In this document: positions 35,897 through 45,498 of the stretch, piece after piece
Position numbering within the stretch: the stretch's first letter is position 1
Layout of the letters: every line of letters begins with the position of its first letter
From: a virus
Taxonomy: Duplodnaviria > Heunggongvirae > Uroviricota > Caudoviricetes > Herelleviridae
Reading direction: 5' to 3' (one strand)
IMG/VR virus record: IMGVR_UViG_2706796071_000001
DNA: 64,000 nt
The notes under the pieces: model-generated
The model's input: only the letters and a program-made list of their open reading frames with translations
What the model was told of the DNA's origin: nothing
The model's database searches: none
Program-made: the position numbers and the translations under genes

Positions 35897-36667
35897 ATGC
35901 CTAGGAAAAAAACACATGAAGAATTTGTAGAACAAGTAAAAGATATAGCAGGAAATGAATATACTGTAATAGGACATTATGAACACGCAAATCAAAAGAT
36001 AAAAATGTTTCATAACGAATGTAATGAAGAATTTGAAATAAGACCAAATAATTTCTTACAAGGTAAAAGATGCTCTGCTTGTAGAGGTAAAAGAATAAGT
36101 AAGACACAAGCTAAGTCACTTAATAAAGTTAAAAGACAATTAAAAGAGAAACATGACGGTACTATAGAGATTATAGGTGAGTACGTAAATACACATACCA
36201 AAACAGATTTTAAATGTTTAAAATGTAATCATATTTTCTCTTCAGAACCTAATTCTGTTTTAAGACTAAGTGGGTGTCCTAAATGTAAAGTTTCTAAAGG
36301 TGAAAAACTAATAGCTGAATTTCTTACAGAAAATAATATACGTTTTAAAGAACAGAAGAGATTTAAAGATTGTGTTCATAAAAGACCTTTAATATTTGAT
36401 TTCTACCTATTAGATTTGAATACTTTAATAGAATATGATGGATTACAACATAGTAAGCCAGTAGATTATTTTGGTGGTGTTAAATCTTTTGAAGACCTGA
36501 AATATAGAGATAGTTTAAAAGATGATTACGCAAAAAGAAATAATATTAGGATGGTAAGAATATCTTATAAACAGAAAGAGAAAGATATAATAGAAGAATT
36601 AGAAAGTATTTTGGGTGTGGTATCCCGTCAAGAAAGTAAAGCAGAGAACTTAACACCAAAATGTTGA
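35897..36667 (+). CDS. intron-encoded endonuclease: two tandem Cys-containing DNA-binding modules plus a C-terminal Vsr/DUF559-like nuclease domain
   Basis: The two modules each span about 55 aa (EEFVEQVKD..GNEYTVIGHYEH...CSACRG and a second copy ending CPKC). The C-terminus reads KLIAEFLTENNIRFKEQKRF...IFDFYLLD...LIEYDGLQH, the Vsr-like E-x-D-G-x-x-H pattern. Confidence 0.65.
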   Translation: MPRKKTHEEFVEQVKDIAGNEYTVIGHYEHANQKIKMFHNECNEEFEIRPNNFLQGKRCSACRGKRISKTQAKSLNKVKRQLKEKHDGTIEIIGEYVNTHTKTDFKCLKCNHIFSSEPNSVLRLSGCPKCKVSKGEKLIAEFLTENNIRFKEQKRFKDCVHKRPLIFDFYLLDLNTLIEYDGLQHSKPVDYFGGVKSFEDLKYRDSLKDDYAKRNNIRMVRISYKQKEKDIIEELESILGVVSRQESKAENLTPKC

Positions 36668-36703
36668 GTTAAGATATAGTCTAGTCCGTATATAAATATC
36701 ACG

Positions 36704-38194
36704 AAAGTGACGGTAGTAACGACAAATGAACAAATGAAGAAATTTGTTCAGTCTCGTTTGAACCCTGTATTAGAAAAAGAGTATTTTAGAGATATTGTTG
36801 ATTGGGATAAAGACTCTTTAGGTTTTAAAAAGATAAGAAACTCTAGTTTATTCTTTAGAACAAGTTCTAAAGCAAGTACTGTAGAGGGTGTGGATATTGA
36901 CTACTTATCCTTAGATGAGTATGACAGGGTAAACTTATTAGCAGAGTCATCTGCATTAGAGTCAATGTCTTCATCACCTTTTAAGATTGTGAGAAGATGG
37001 AGCACACCATCTGTACCCGGTATGGGTATACACAAATTATATCAACAATCAGACCAATGGTATTATGGTCATAGATGTCAACATTGTGATTATTTAAATG
37101 AAATGAGTTATAATGATTACAACCCTGATAATCTTGAAGAAAGTGGGAATATGTTATGTGTTAACCCTGAAGGTGTAGATGAACAGGCTAAAACAGTACA
37201 GAATGGTAGTTACCAATTTGTTTGTCAAAAATGTGGTAAACCGCTAGATAGATGGTATAATGGTGAGTGGCATTGTAAGTACCCTGAGCGTACAAAAGGT
37301 AATAAAGGGGTACGAGGATACCTAATAACACAAATGAACGCTGTATGGATTTCTGCGGATGAATTAAAAGAAAAAGAAATGAATACAGAATCTAAGCAAG
37401 CGTTTTACAATTATATTTTGGGTTATCCGTTTGAAGATGTTAAACTTAGAGTTAATGAAGAAGATGTTTATGGTAATAAATCACCTATTGCAGAAACACA
37501 ATTAATGAAACGAGATAGATATTCTCATATAGCTATTGGTATAGATTGGGGAAATACTCATTGGATAACTGTTCATGGTATGTTACCTAATGGTAAGGTA
37601 GACTTAATACGATTGTTCTCTGTTAAAAAGATGACAAGACCTGATTTAGTTGAAGCAGATTTAGAAAAAATAATTTGGGAAATATCTAAGTATGACCCTG
37701 ATATTATAATTGCAGATAATGGAGATTCAGGAAACAATGTTTTAAAACTTATTAATCACTTTGGAAAAGATAAAGTATTTGGATGTACTTATAAATCCTC
37801 CCCTAAATCTACAGGACAGTTGAGACCTGAGTTTAATGAGAACAACAATAGAGTTACAGTAGATAAATTAATGCAAAATAAAAGATACGTACAAGCACTT
37901 AAGACAAAGGATATAAGTGTTTATAGTACAGTAGATGATGATTTAAAAACTTTCTTAAAACATTGGCAAAATGTTGTTATTATGGATGAAGAAGATGAAA
38001 AAACTGGAGAAATGTATCAAGTTATTAAACGTAAAGGTGACGACCATTATGCGCAAGCAAGTGTTTATGCCTATATCGGATTAACAAGAATAAAAGAACT
38101 TCTTAAAGAAGGAAATGGTACAAGCTTTGGTTCTACATTTGTTTCTACTGATTACAATCAAGAAGGAAATAAACAATTCTACTTTGATGAATAG
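36704..38194 (+). CDS. terL: terminase large subunit, exon 2 (Walker B plus RNaseH-like nuclease domain)
   Basis: Walker B reads DIDYLSLDEYD. Nuclease motifs read HIAIGIDWGNTHWITVHG and IIADNGDSGNN. The frame is open upstream to 36680, with no ATG needed. Confidence 0.75.
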   Translation, partial: KVTVVTTNEQMKKFVQSRLNPVLEKEYFRDIVDWDKDSLGFKKIRNSSLFFRTSSKASTVEGVDIDYLSLDEYDRVNLLAESSALESMSSSPFKIVRRWSTPSVPGMGIHKLYQQSDQWYYGHRCQHCDYLNEMSYNDYNPDNLEESGNMLCVNPEGVDEQAKTVQNGSYQFVCQKCGKPLDRWYNGEWHCKYPERTKGNKGVRGYLITQMNAVWISADELKEKEMNTESKQAFYNYILGYPFEDVKLRVNEEDVYGNKSPIAETQLMKRDRYSHIAIGIDWGNTHWITVHGMLPNGKVDLIRLFSVKKMTRPDLVEADLEKIIWEISKYDPDIIIADNGDSGNNVLKLINHFGKDKVFGCTYKSSPKSTGQLRPEFNENNNRVTVDKLMQNKRYVQALKTKDISVYSTVDDDLKTFLKHWQNVVIMDEEDEKTGEMYQVIKRKGDDHYAQASVYAYIGLTRIKELLKEGNGTSFGSTFVSTDYNQEGNKQFYFDE

Positions 38195-39008
38195 AGGTGA
38201 AATAGACTTGACAGATAAATTATTTTATGGTACAATTAGTAATGAAGAAATTAATAAAAGTGTATTGAATTTGTTATTAGGTGAGGAATTATCTTTAGAC
38301 TATGTTTCTAAAAATAGTGATACCTTAGATGTTAAGTACGAACATATCTATAAATCTCTAGGATTCGATAATTTCTTTGATTGTTTTTTATATGCTAATA
38401 GAGAGCCTGAAATAGTCCATAAAGGCGGAGATAAAAATCTTGGTGGACTAAATAAAGTTAAAAGAACTGTTGTTAGAAATGGTAAAGAAATGGAAATGAC
38501 AGTTTACGAAGATGGTAATAAAGATAATGATAGTAAAGAAAAACAAGAAAGTAAAGAAGAAGTTAGTAGAAGTGCAGTAGGAGCAAAAGCTGTTTCTAAT
38601 GGTGAAGAAGGAAAGGTAAACCCTAAAAAGGTAGCAAATTCATTATCTAGTTTAAATAAAAAAGGTGCGGATATATCTCATATTAATACAAACTCATCAT
38701 TATATAAAGAGTTTGTTGATGAGAATGGTGATACACTAGGAATTACATCTTTTAAAAGAACTGAAAATGATATAATATTAGAATCTTATGCAAGTTCACC
38801 CGATTCAGATGGTGTAGGGGCTAGAGCTATTATGGAACTATTACGTTTAAGTATTAAGGAAAATAAAAATGCAGTTGTGTATGACATAGAATTGCCTGAA
38901 GCTATAGAGTATTTAAAAACTTTAGGATTTAAACCTAATAAAGATGGATACATCTTAAGAAAAAAAGATGTAAAACAATTCTTAGGTGATTATAGTGATT
39001 TTATTTAG
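38187..39008 (+). CDS. hypothetical protein, possibly with a GNAT-like C-terminal fold
   Basis: An ATG overlaps the terL stop (gATGAAtag). C-terminus reads DSDGVGARAIMELL. The start position is uncertain. Confidence 0.5.
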   Translation: MNRGEIDLTDKLFYGTISNEEINKSVLNLLLGEELSLDYVSKNSDTLDVKYEHIYKSLGFDNFFDCFLYANREPEIVHKGGDKNLGGLNKVKRTVVRNGKEMEMTVYEDGNKDNDSKEKQESKEEVSRSAVGAKAVSNGEEGKVNPKKVANSLSSLNKKGADISHINTNSSLYKEFVDENGDTLGITSFKRTENDIILESYASSPDSDGVGARAIMELLRLSIKENKNAVVYDIELPEAIEYLKTLGFKPNKDGYILRKKDVKQFLGDYSDFI

Positions 39009-39164
39009 CACTATAATCATCTATTCTATTGTATTTATCTTATACATTATATTAAAAACAATTTATGTAAAGTCTAATATGAATAGAATAGATAACACAA
39101 CTGAATTATTAAAAATATTACAGGAAGATATTGAAGGAAAGATAAAAAAGGAAGGAAGAAATAA

Positions 39165-39644
39165 ATGACTTTAGAAGAAAATAAATTAACATTAGAAGAA
39201 TCAATAACTCCACTTAGTAAAGAAGAGAAAGAGGATAGTATTAAAGAATTTAGTAGTTTATTATGTGAAATGGTAAATAGATTATACAAGTCTTACAATG
39301 TATTCAGACAAGACCCTATGGATGAAACGCAACGACTAGATGGCTCTTTAATGGTCTTTCAAAGTAGACTAAATGACCCTTTAACAGGAGATTTACATGA
39401 CAAGATGTATAAACTTGCTTTTTCAAAACGCATTGATATTTTTGAAGCTAACAAGCAATTCAGAAAAGATGTAGAATCAGGTAAAGCAATTGAGCTAGGT
39501 GATGTAGCTATTATAGATACAGCATTAAGTAATATTCTTTCAGGTAATGAGTTCCAGGGAAGTATATCATTTATGCTTAGAAAAGACTTTGAAGAAAAAG
39601 AACGAATTAGAAAAGAAGAAGAAGAGAAACTTAATAACTTATAA
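39165..39644 (+). CDS. hypothetical protein
   Basis: 159-aa ORF. RBS aaaaggaaggaagaaataaATG. Confidence 0.5.
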   Translation: MTLEENKLTLEESITPLSKEEKEDSIKEFSSLLCEMVNRLYKSYNVFRQDPMDETQRLDGSLMVFQSRLNDPLTGDLHDKMYKLAFSKRIDIFEANKQFRKDVESGKAIELGDVAIIDTALSNILSGNEFQGSISFMLRKDFEEKERIRKEEEEKLNNL

Positions 39645-39685
39645 AAGGGAAGAATTATGAGACTATATAAAATGAGGTATCATAA

Positions 39686-40936
39686 TTGAAAAAGAAACCA
39701 CAAGGAAATGAGATAATCATAACCATAATAACGGTTATGATAGCAGTATTTGTAGTCATTATGACCATATTTTTTAATAAATACCAAGATGCTAAAGAAG
39801 ATAAAGACAGGTATCAGAGATTAGTTGAGATTTATAAAAAAGCAGATGATAATGATGGTGAGACTAAAAAGAAATACGTAAAAAGATTAAATAAAGCTGA
39901 AGAAGAACTTAAAAAAGTAAAGAAAGAAACAAATTATAAAGACTATAATAAGAAGTCAAATAAAGAAAGACAAAAGGAAGATAAAGAAACTAGAGAGAAA
40001 ATATATGATGTAACTGGTGATGATGACTTAATATTAGTAAAAAATAATATTGAGTTTAGTGATAAGGTAGATAAACCTGAAATACTCATTAGTGAAGATG
40101 GAATTGGTACAATAACTGTTCCTGCAAACAGTGGTTATGAAAAACAAACAGTAGGTTCTATTATTACTAGTATATTAGGGTCTCCCTTCTTATCACCCGA
40201 TTCATCTAGTATAGACAGTTCAGGTATTATTAATAGTAATGTTTATCCAAATACAGTAGATAGTATAGTAGAAGATACAAATACTCCTATTGATAGGATA
40301 CCAACAGATAACCCTATTATAACAAACCCAGTTGAACCGACTATACCTTCCGATATATTACCTCCTATTGATAATCCGTCAGTTCCTATATTACCTGAAA
40401 ATCCTGTAGACAATAATTCAGGAAATACAGATGATACAGATAACCCAAATCCACCACCTCCAGGGTATACAGATGAAGATGGAGGTAGAGGCTCAGGTGG
40501 TGGAGGTAATGTTGAACCCTCACCAACGGAAGAACCTTCAGATAACGGTAATACAGGGGGAGGAGATTGGGAAGAAAAACCTGACCCAGGAGAAGAGCCA
40601 TCAGATAATGGTAATACAGGAGACAATGAAGGAGAGGTAACTCCTGAACCTGACCCTACACCTTCTGAGCCTGAACCTGAACCTTCTGAGCCTGAACAAC
40701 CTAATGAAAAACCTGATGAGGGTAATGGTAATGAAGAAAAACCATCAGAACCATCAGATAATCCTGATGAAAATGGAGGATGGGAAACTGAGCCTTCCGA
40801 ACCTGAAACACCTTCTGAGCCGGACGATAAGGTGGACGAAGAGGATAAAAACGAAGATACAACAGAGGATAAACAACCTACAGAACAACCGGACGATAAT
40901 AATACAGATAACGAGGATAAAACTGAAGAGGAGTAA
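39686..40936 (+). CDS. membrane-anchored protein with a long Pro/Asp/Glu-rich repetitive tail (TTG start)
   Basis: N-terminal transmembrane helix IIITIITVMIAVFVVIMTIFF. The C-terminal 200 aa is low-complexity with tandem EEPSDNGNTG and PSEPEP units. A terminator hairpin gaggagtaattactcctc follows the stop. Confidence 0.55.
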   Translation: MKKKPQGNEIIITIITVMIAVFVVIMTIFFNKYQDAKEDKDRYQRLVEIYKKADDNDGETKKKYVKRLNKAEEELKKVKKETNYKDYNKKSNKERQKEDKETREKIYDVTGDDDLILVKNNIEFSDKVDKPEILISEDGIGTITVPANSGYEKQTVGSIITSILGSPFLSPDSSSIDSSGIINSNVYPNTVDSIVEDTNTPIDRIPTDNPIITNPVEPTIPSDILPPIDNPSVPILPENPVDNNSGNTDDTDNPNPPPPGYTDEDGGRGSGGGGNVEPSPTEEPSDNGNTGGGDWEEKPDPGEEPSDNGNTGDNEGEVTPEPDPTPSEPEPEPSEPEQPNEKPDEGNGNEEKPSEPSDNPDENGGWETEPSEPETPSEPDDKVDEEDKNEDTTEDKQPTEQPDDNNTDNEDKTEEE

Positions 40937-40987
40937 TTACTCCTCTTTTTTGTTTGCTATATTAAATAAGAGATAAATATAAAAAAA

Positions 40988-41362
40988 TTGAACATTACGG
41001 TGGTGAAAACTTTGATAGGAATGAATGTTATAACGTCACTATCAGTAGTATTTACCTGTTTAAGTCTTTTAACTTTAATGATTTTTGTTCACAGTAAGTT
41101 CTCCAGTAAAAACGTTTTTGTTTTGTATGTAATTTATGCTATAATAGGTATAGGTACATACATAGTTTTAACTATGTTTCAAACAACATCTGTACTTATT
41201 AAGAATGATGTAATAGATTCCATAGAAAATACTGAACACTATATTGGATTTAATGACCCTATAATAATATTTACTATAAGTTTTATAGGAGCAATACTTG
41301 GAGGAATTTGGTACAAAATGATGAAAATTATTAAAAAGAGTAACTTTAAAGATAAAAAATAA
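40988..41362 (+). CDS. membrane protein
   Basis: 124 aa with 3-4 transmembrane segments. Confidence 0.45.
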   Translation: MNITVVKTLIGMNVITSLSVVFTCLSLLTLMIFVHSKFSSKNVFVLYVIYAIIGIGTYIVLTMFQTTSVLIKNDVIDSIENTEHYIGFNDPIIIFTISFIGAILGGIWYKMMKIIKKSNFKDKK

Positions 41363-41371
41363 AAAAAGACG

Positions 41372-41752
41372 GTGAATAGGTTGATATTCTCTAAAGATAA
41401 AAAATGGGATGAAGCAAAAGATTTCATCAAAGGACAAGGGATGCAAGATAATTGGATAGAGATTGTAGATTATTATAGACAGATAGGTGGAAAACACGTA
41501 GCTGTTTTTATTGCTTTAAACAAAGTAAAATACATGATTCTAGAAGCAACAAAAGACAATAAAGTAATATTAGTAGATAAAGATAATAATATACTATTAG
41601 AAGATTATGATATTGTTATGGAAAGTAAAAAAATGTTTTATTACATTGAAGAACCGTTCGAGGTTAAAATAAATATCCCTCAACATATTAGAGATGTAAC
41701 TTATAATAATACTGTTGTATTAACTACAGTAAGAGGGAGTAGAGGTGACTAG
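41372..41752 (+). CDS. hypothetical protein
   Basis: 126-aa ORF directly before the portal gene. Confidence 0.5.
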   Translation: MNRLIFSKDKKWDEAKDFIKGQGMQDNWIEIVDYYRQIGGKHVAVFIALNKVKYMILEATKDNKVILVDKDNNILLEDYDIVMESKKMFYYIEEPFEVKINIPQHIRDVTYNNTVVLTTVRGSRGD

Positions 41753-41755
41753 TAA

Positions 41756-43447
41756 TTGGCAGATTTATTTAAGCAATTCAGATTAGGTAAGGACTATGGT
41801 AATAATAGTACCATTGCTCAAGTTCCTATTGATGAAGGATTACAAGCTAACATTAAAAAAATAGAACAAGACAATAAAGATTACCAAGACTTAACTAAGT
41901 CTTTATACGGACAGCAACAGGCTTATGCAGAGCCATTTATAGAAATGATGGATACTAATCCTGAATTTAGAGATAAGAGAAGTTACATGAAGAATGAACA
42001 TAATTTACATGATGTTTTGAAAAAGTTTGGTAATAATCCTATTCTCAATGCTATCATACTTACACGTTCAAATCAAGTAGCTATGTATTGTCAACCTGCA
42101 AGATATTCAGAAAAAGGTTTAGGTTTTGAGGTAAGATTAAGAGACCTAGATGCAGAACCAGGTAGAAAAGAAAAAGAAGAAATGAAACGTATAGAAGATT
42201 TTATTGTTAATACAGGTAAAGATAAAGATGTAGATAGAGATTCGTTTCAAACTTTCTGTAAAAAAATTGTTAGAGATACTTATATCTATGACCAGGTTAA
42301 CTTTGAAAAAGTATTTAATAAGAACAATAAAACTAGATTAGAAAAATTTATAGCAGTAGACCCTTCTACTATTTTTTATGCAACAGATAAAAAAGGTAAA
42401 ATTATTAAGGGTGGTAAGAGATTTGTTCAAGTAGTAGATAAAAGAGTAGTAGCTAGTTTTACTTCTAGAGAATTAGCTATGGGTATAAGAAATCCTAGAA
42501 CTGAATTATCTTCTTCAGGGTACGGATTATCAGAAGTAGAGATAGCTATGAAAGAATTTATTGCCTATAATAATACTGAGTCATTTAACGATAGATTTTT
42601 CTCACATGGCGGTACTACAAGAGGTATTTTACAAATACGTTCAGACCAACAACAATCACAACATGCATTAGAGAACTTCAAGCGTGAATGGAAATCAAGT
42701 TTATCGGGTATCAATGGTTCATGGCAAATTCCAGTGGTAATGGCAGATGATATTAAATTTGTTAATATGACACCAACTGCTAATGATATGCAATTTGAGA
42801 AATGGTTAAATTATCTTATTAATATTATATCTGCTTTATATGGTATTGACCCTGCAGAAATTGGTTTCCCTAATAGAGGTGGGGCTACAGGTTCTAAAGG
42901 TGGCTCTACTCTAAATGAGGCTGACCCAGGTAAAAAACAACAACAATCTCAAAATAAAGGTTTACAACCTTTACTTAGATTTATTGAAGATTTAGTTAAT
43001 AGACATATTATATCAGAATATGGAGATAAATATACATTCCAATTCGTAGGTGGAGATACTAAGAGTGCTACAGACAAACTTAATATTCTTAAACTAGAAA
43101 CTCAAATATTTAAAACAGTTAATGAGGCTAGAGAAGAACAAGGTAAGAAACCTATTGAAGGTGGAGACATTATCTTAGATGCTTCATTCTTACAAGGAAC
43201 AGCACAATTACAACAAGATAAACAATATAATGATGGTAAACAAAAAGAACGTTTACAAATGATGATGAGTTTACTAGAAGGAGATAATGACGATTCAGAA
43301 GAAAGTCAATCAACAGACTCTAGTAATGCTGATAAAGAAATAGGAACAGATGCACAAATAAAAGGTGACGATAATGTTTACCGGACTCAAACATCTAATA
43401 AAGGTCAAGGAAGAAAAGGAGAAAAATCTTCTGACTTTAAACATTAA
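41756..43447 (+). CDS. portal protein
   Basis: 563 aa, sitting between the terminase and prohead-protease genes. RBS gaggtga. A strong terminator follows. Confidence 0.8.
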   Translation: MADLFKQFRLGKDYGNNSTIAQVPIDEGLQANIKKIEQDNKDYQDLTKSLYGQQQAYAEPFIEMMDTNPEFRDKRSYMKNEHNLHDVLKKFGNNPILNAIILTRSNQVAMYCQPARYSEKGLGFEVRLRDLDAEPGRKEKEEMKRIEDFIVNTGKDKDVDRDSFQTFCKKIVRDTYIYDQVNFEKVFNKNNKTRLEKFIAVDPSTIFYATDKKGKIIKGGKRFVQVVDKRVVASFTSRELAMGIRNPRTELSSSGYGLSEVEIAMKEFIAYNNTESFNDRFFSHGGTTRGILQIRSDQQQSQHALENFKREWKSSLSGINGSWQIPVVMADDIKFVNMTPTANDMQFEKWLNYLINIISALYGIDPAEIGFPNRGGATGSKGGSTLNEADPGKKQQQSQNKGLQPLLRFIEDLVNRHIISEYGDKYTFQFVGGDTKSATDKLNILKLETQIFKTVNEAREEQGKKPIEGGDIILDASFLQGTAQLQQDKQYNDGKQKERLQMMMSLLEGDNDDSEESQSTDSSNADKEIGTDAQIKGDDNVYRTQTSNKGQGRKGEKSSDFKH

Positions 43448-43452
43448 TTAAT

Positions 43453-43489
43453 AAGCCTAGAATAAATCTAGGCTTTGTTTATTTTTTTT
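43453..43489 (+). terminator. rho-independent terminator after the portal gene
   Basis: Hairpin aagcctagaataaatctaggctt, followed by tgtttattttttttg. Confidence 0.65.
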
Positions 43490-43640
43490 GTAATTTAATT
43501 TTGATAAAGGTAATAACTATGATATACTATATGTAATTGATATTAATACATAAAAAATATTAATATTTCACTTACAAGTTATTATTGTTATATTATTAAC
43601 GTAAAAGTAAATAAAATAACAAGTGGAGGTGTAGACACCT

Positions 43641-44414
43641 TTGGAAGAAATAAAATTTAATGCTTTTGTACCTATGGATTTGAAGAAATCTGTATCAACA
43701 GCTTCTGATACTAATGAGTATTCTATCGTTTCAGGATGGGCTAGTACTCCAAGTATGGATTTACAGAATGATATAGTTAATCCTAAAGGAATAGATATAG
43801 AGTATTTTAAGTCACAAGGGTACATTAATTATGAGCATCAAAGTGATAAAGTTGTAGGTATACCTACAGAGAATTGCTATGTGGATATAGAAAAAGGTTT
43901 ATTTATTGAAGCAAAGCTATGGAAGAATGACGAAAATGTTGTTAAGATGCTTGATTTAGCTGAGAAATTAGAAAAATCAGGTAGTGGAAGACGTTTAGGT
44001 TTTTCTATTGAAGGTGCAGTTAAAAAACGTAATATAAATGACAATCGAGTTATTGATGAAGTTATGATAACCGGAGTTGCATTAGTTAAAAACCCTGCTA
44101 ATCCTGAAGCAACATGGGAAAGCTTTATGAAATCATTTTTAACTGGTCATGGTACATCACCTGACACTCAAGTTGATGCAGGAGCTTTAAGAAAAGAAGA
44201 AATAGCATCTAGCATTACAAATTTAGCTTACGTCACTAAGATTAAAGATTTAAAAGAGTTTAATGATGTATGGAATGGCGTTGTTGAAGATTTGAGTAAA
44301 TCTAATAGTATGGGATATGAGGAATCAGTCCTTACGTTACAACTAGCTAAAGGTTTATCTCGTAAAGATGCAGAACTAGCAGTAATGGATATAAACAAAC
44401 AAAAACTAGAATAG
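43641..44414 (+). CDS. prohead protease
   Basis: 257 aa in the canonical position between portal and capsid. RBS ggaggtg. The track start is TTG; an ATG at 43658 is an alternative. Confidence 0.7.
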   Translation: MEEIKFNAFVPMDLKKSVSTASDTNEYSIVSGWASTPSMDLQNDIVNPKGIDIEYFKSQGYINYEHQSDKVVGIPTENCYVDIEKGLFIEAKLWKNDENVVKMLDLAEKLEKSGSGRRLGFSIEGAVKKRNINDNRVIDEVMITGVALVKNPANPEATWESFMKSFLTGHGTSPDTQVDAGALRKEEIASSITNLAYVTKIKDLKEFNDVWNGVVEDLSKSNSMGYEESVLTLQLAKGLSRKDAELAVMDINKQKLE

Positions 44415-44432
44415 GTAAGGAGAATACATTCT

Positions 44433-45383
44433 ATGAGTAAAGAAATGCAAAATATTTTAGAAGAGTATGATAAGTTAAATGCTCAAGAGGCAGTTTCGAA
44501 ATCTGTAGAAGATGATGAAAAGAATACAGTAGAATCTACCGAAGAGCAAGTAGCAGAAACAACTGAAGAACCTGCTAAAGAACCTGAAAAAGTATCTGAG
44601 GAAGATGCTAAAGAAGCACAAGAGCAAGGTGAAAAAGTTGAATCTGAAGAGGTAGCAGAGGGCAATGAAGATGAGGAAGTTGAAAAATCAGCTAAAGAAT
44701 CAAAAGACCCTGTAGACCAAAAAGATACTAAGACAGAAAATAAAGACAACGAGAAACGTAAAAATAAAAAAGATAAAAAAGAAGATTCTGACGATGAAGA
44801 TAAAGATACTGACGATGATAAAGATAAGAAAGAAGATAAGAAGGAAAAAACTTCTAAATCAATTTCTGATGAAGATATCACAACAGTATTTAAATCTATC
44901 TTAACATCTTTTGAAAACTTAAATAAAGAGAAAGAAAACTTTGCTACTAAAGAAGATTTAAGTGAAGTTAGTAAATCTATTAATGAGTTATCAGCAAAAA
45001 TTTCTGAAATCCAAGCTGAAGATGTTTCTAAATCAGTAGACACTGATGAAGAAGCTGTAGAAAAATCAGTAACATCTACAAACGGAGAGCAAGAAAAAGT
45101 AGAAGGTTACGTTTCTAAATCAGTAGACACTGAAGAACAAGCTGAAACTGGTGAAGCAAAATCAGAAGAAGCTGAAGAGGTACAAGAAGATAACACATTT
45201 AAAGGATTAAGTCAAGAAGAACGAACTAAGTTCATGGATTCTTACAAAGCACAAGCTAAAGACCCTAGAGCTTCTAAACATGACTTACAATCAGCTTACC
45301 AATCTTACTTGAACATTAACACTGACCCTACTAATGCATCAGAGAAAGATATTAAAACTGTAAAAGACTTTGCACAAATTTAA
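44433..45383 (+). CDS. highly acidic scaffold-like protein
   Basis: 316 aa, E/D/K-rich and coiled-coil, between the protease and major capsid genes. Confidence 0.5.
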   Translation: MSKEMQNILEEYDKLNAQEAVSKSVEDDEKNTVESTEEQVAETTEEPAKEPEKVSEEDAKEAQEQGEKVESEEVAEGNEDEEVEKSAKESKDPVDQKDTKTENKDNEKRKNKKDKKEDSDDEDKDTDDDKDKKEDKKEKTSKSISDEDITTVFKSILTSFENLNKEKENFATKEDLSEVSKSINELSAKISEIQAEDVSKSVDTDEEAVEKSVTSTNGEQEKVEGYVSKSVDTEEQAETGEAKSEEAEEVQEDNTFKGLSQEERTKFMDSYKAQAKDPRASKHDLQSAYQSYLNINTDPTNASEKDIKTVKDFAQI

Positions 45384-45498
45384 TTAATGCACAAAGTTGT
45401 GTTATATTATACGGTGTAACTAAAGAATATAAATAGGGTACATTTTACTGTACCCTACATAAAATAAAAAGAACACAAATGAAAGGTGATAAATTTAT

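Larger units (their letters stand above)
35651..36703 (+). other. group I intron (about 1.05 kb) in terL, with an internal ORF
   Basis: The terL reading frame is split. A structured non-coding 5' region (35658-35896) precedes the ORF. The conserved 3' core element AAGATATAGTCTAGTCC (36671-36687) matches the group I P7/S consensus AAGAUAUAGUC. Boundaries are approximate. Confidence 0.65.

Noticed and set aside
40243-40626. Antisense ORFs inside long genes. Minus-strand ORFs at 40243-40626, 44483-45043, 59451-59780, 59916-60293 and 62544-62921. Plus-strand ORFs at 3146-3379, 28842-29030 and 29481-29693.
   Set aside because: They lie opposite well-supported genes in low-complexity or repetitive coding regions (Pro/Ser/Gly-rich translations). 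They have no RBS. They are typical shadow ORFs.
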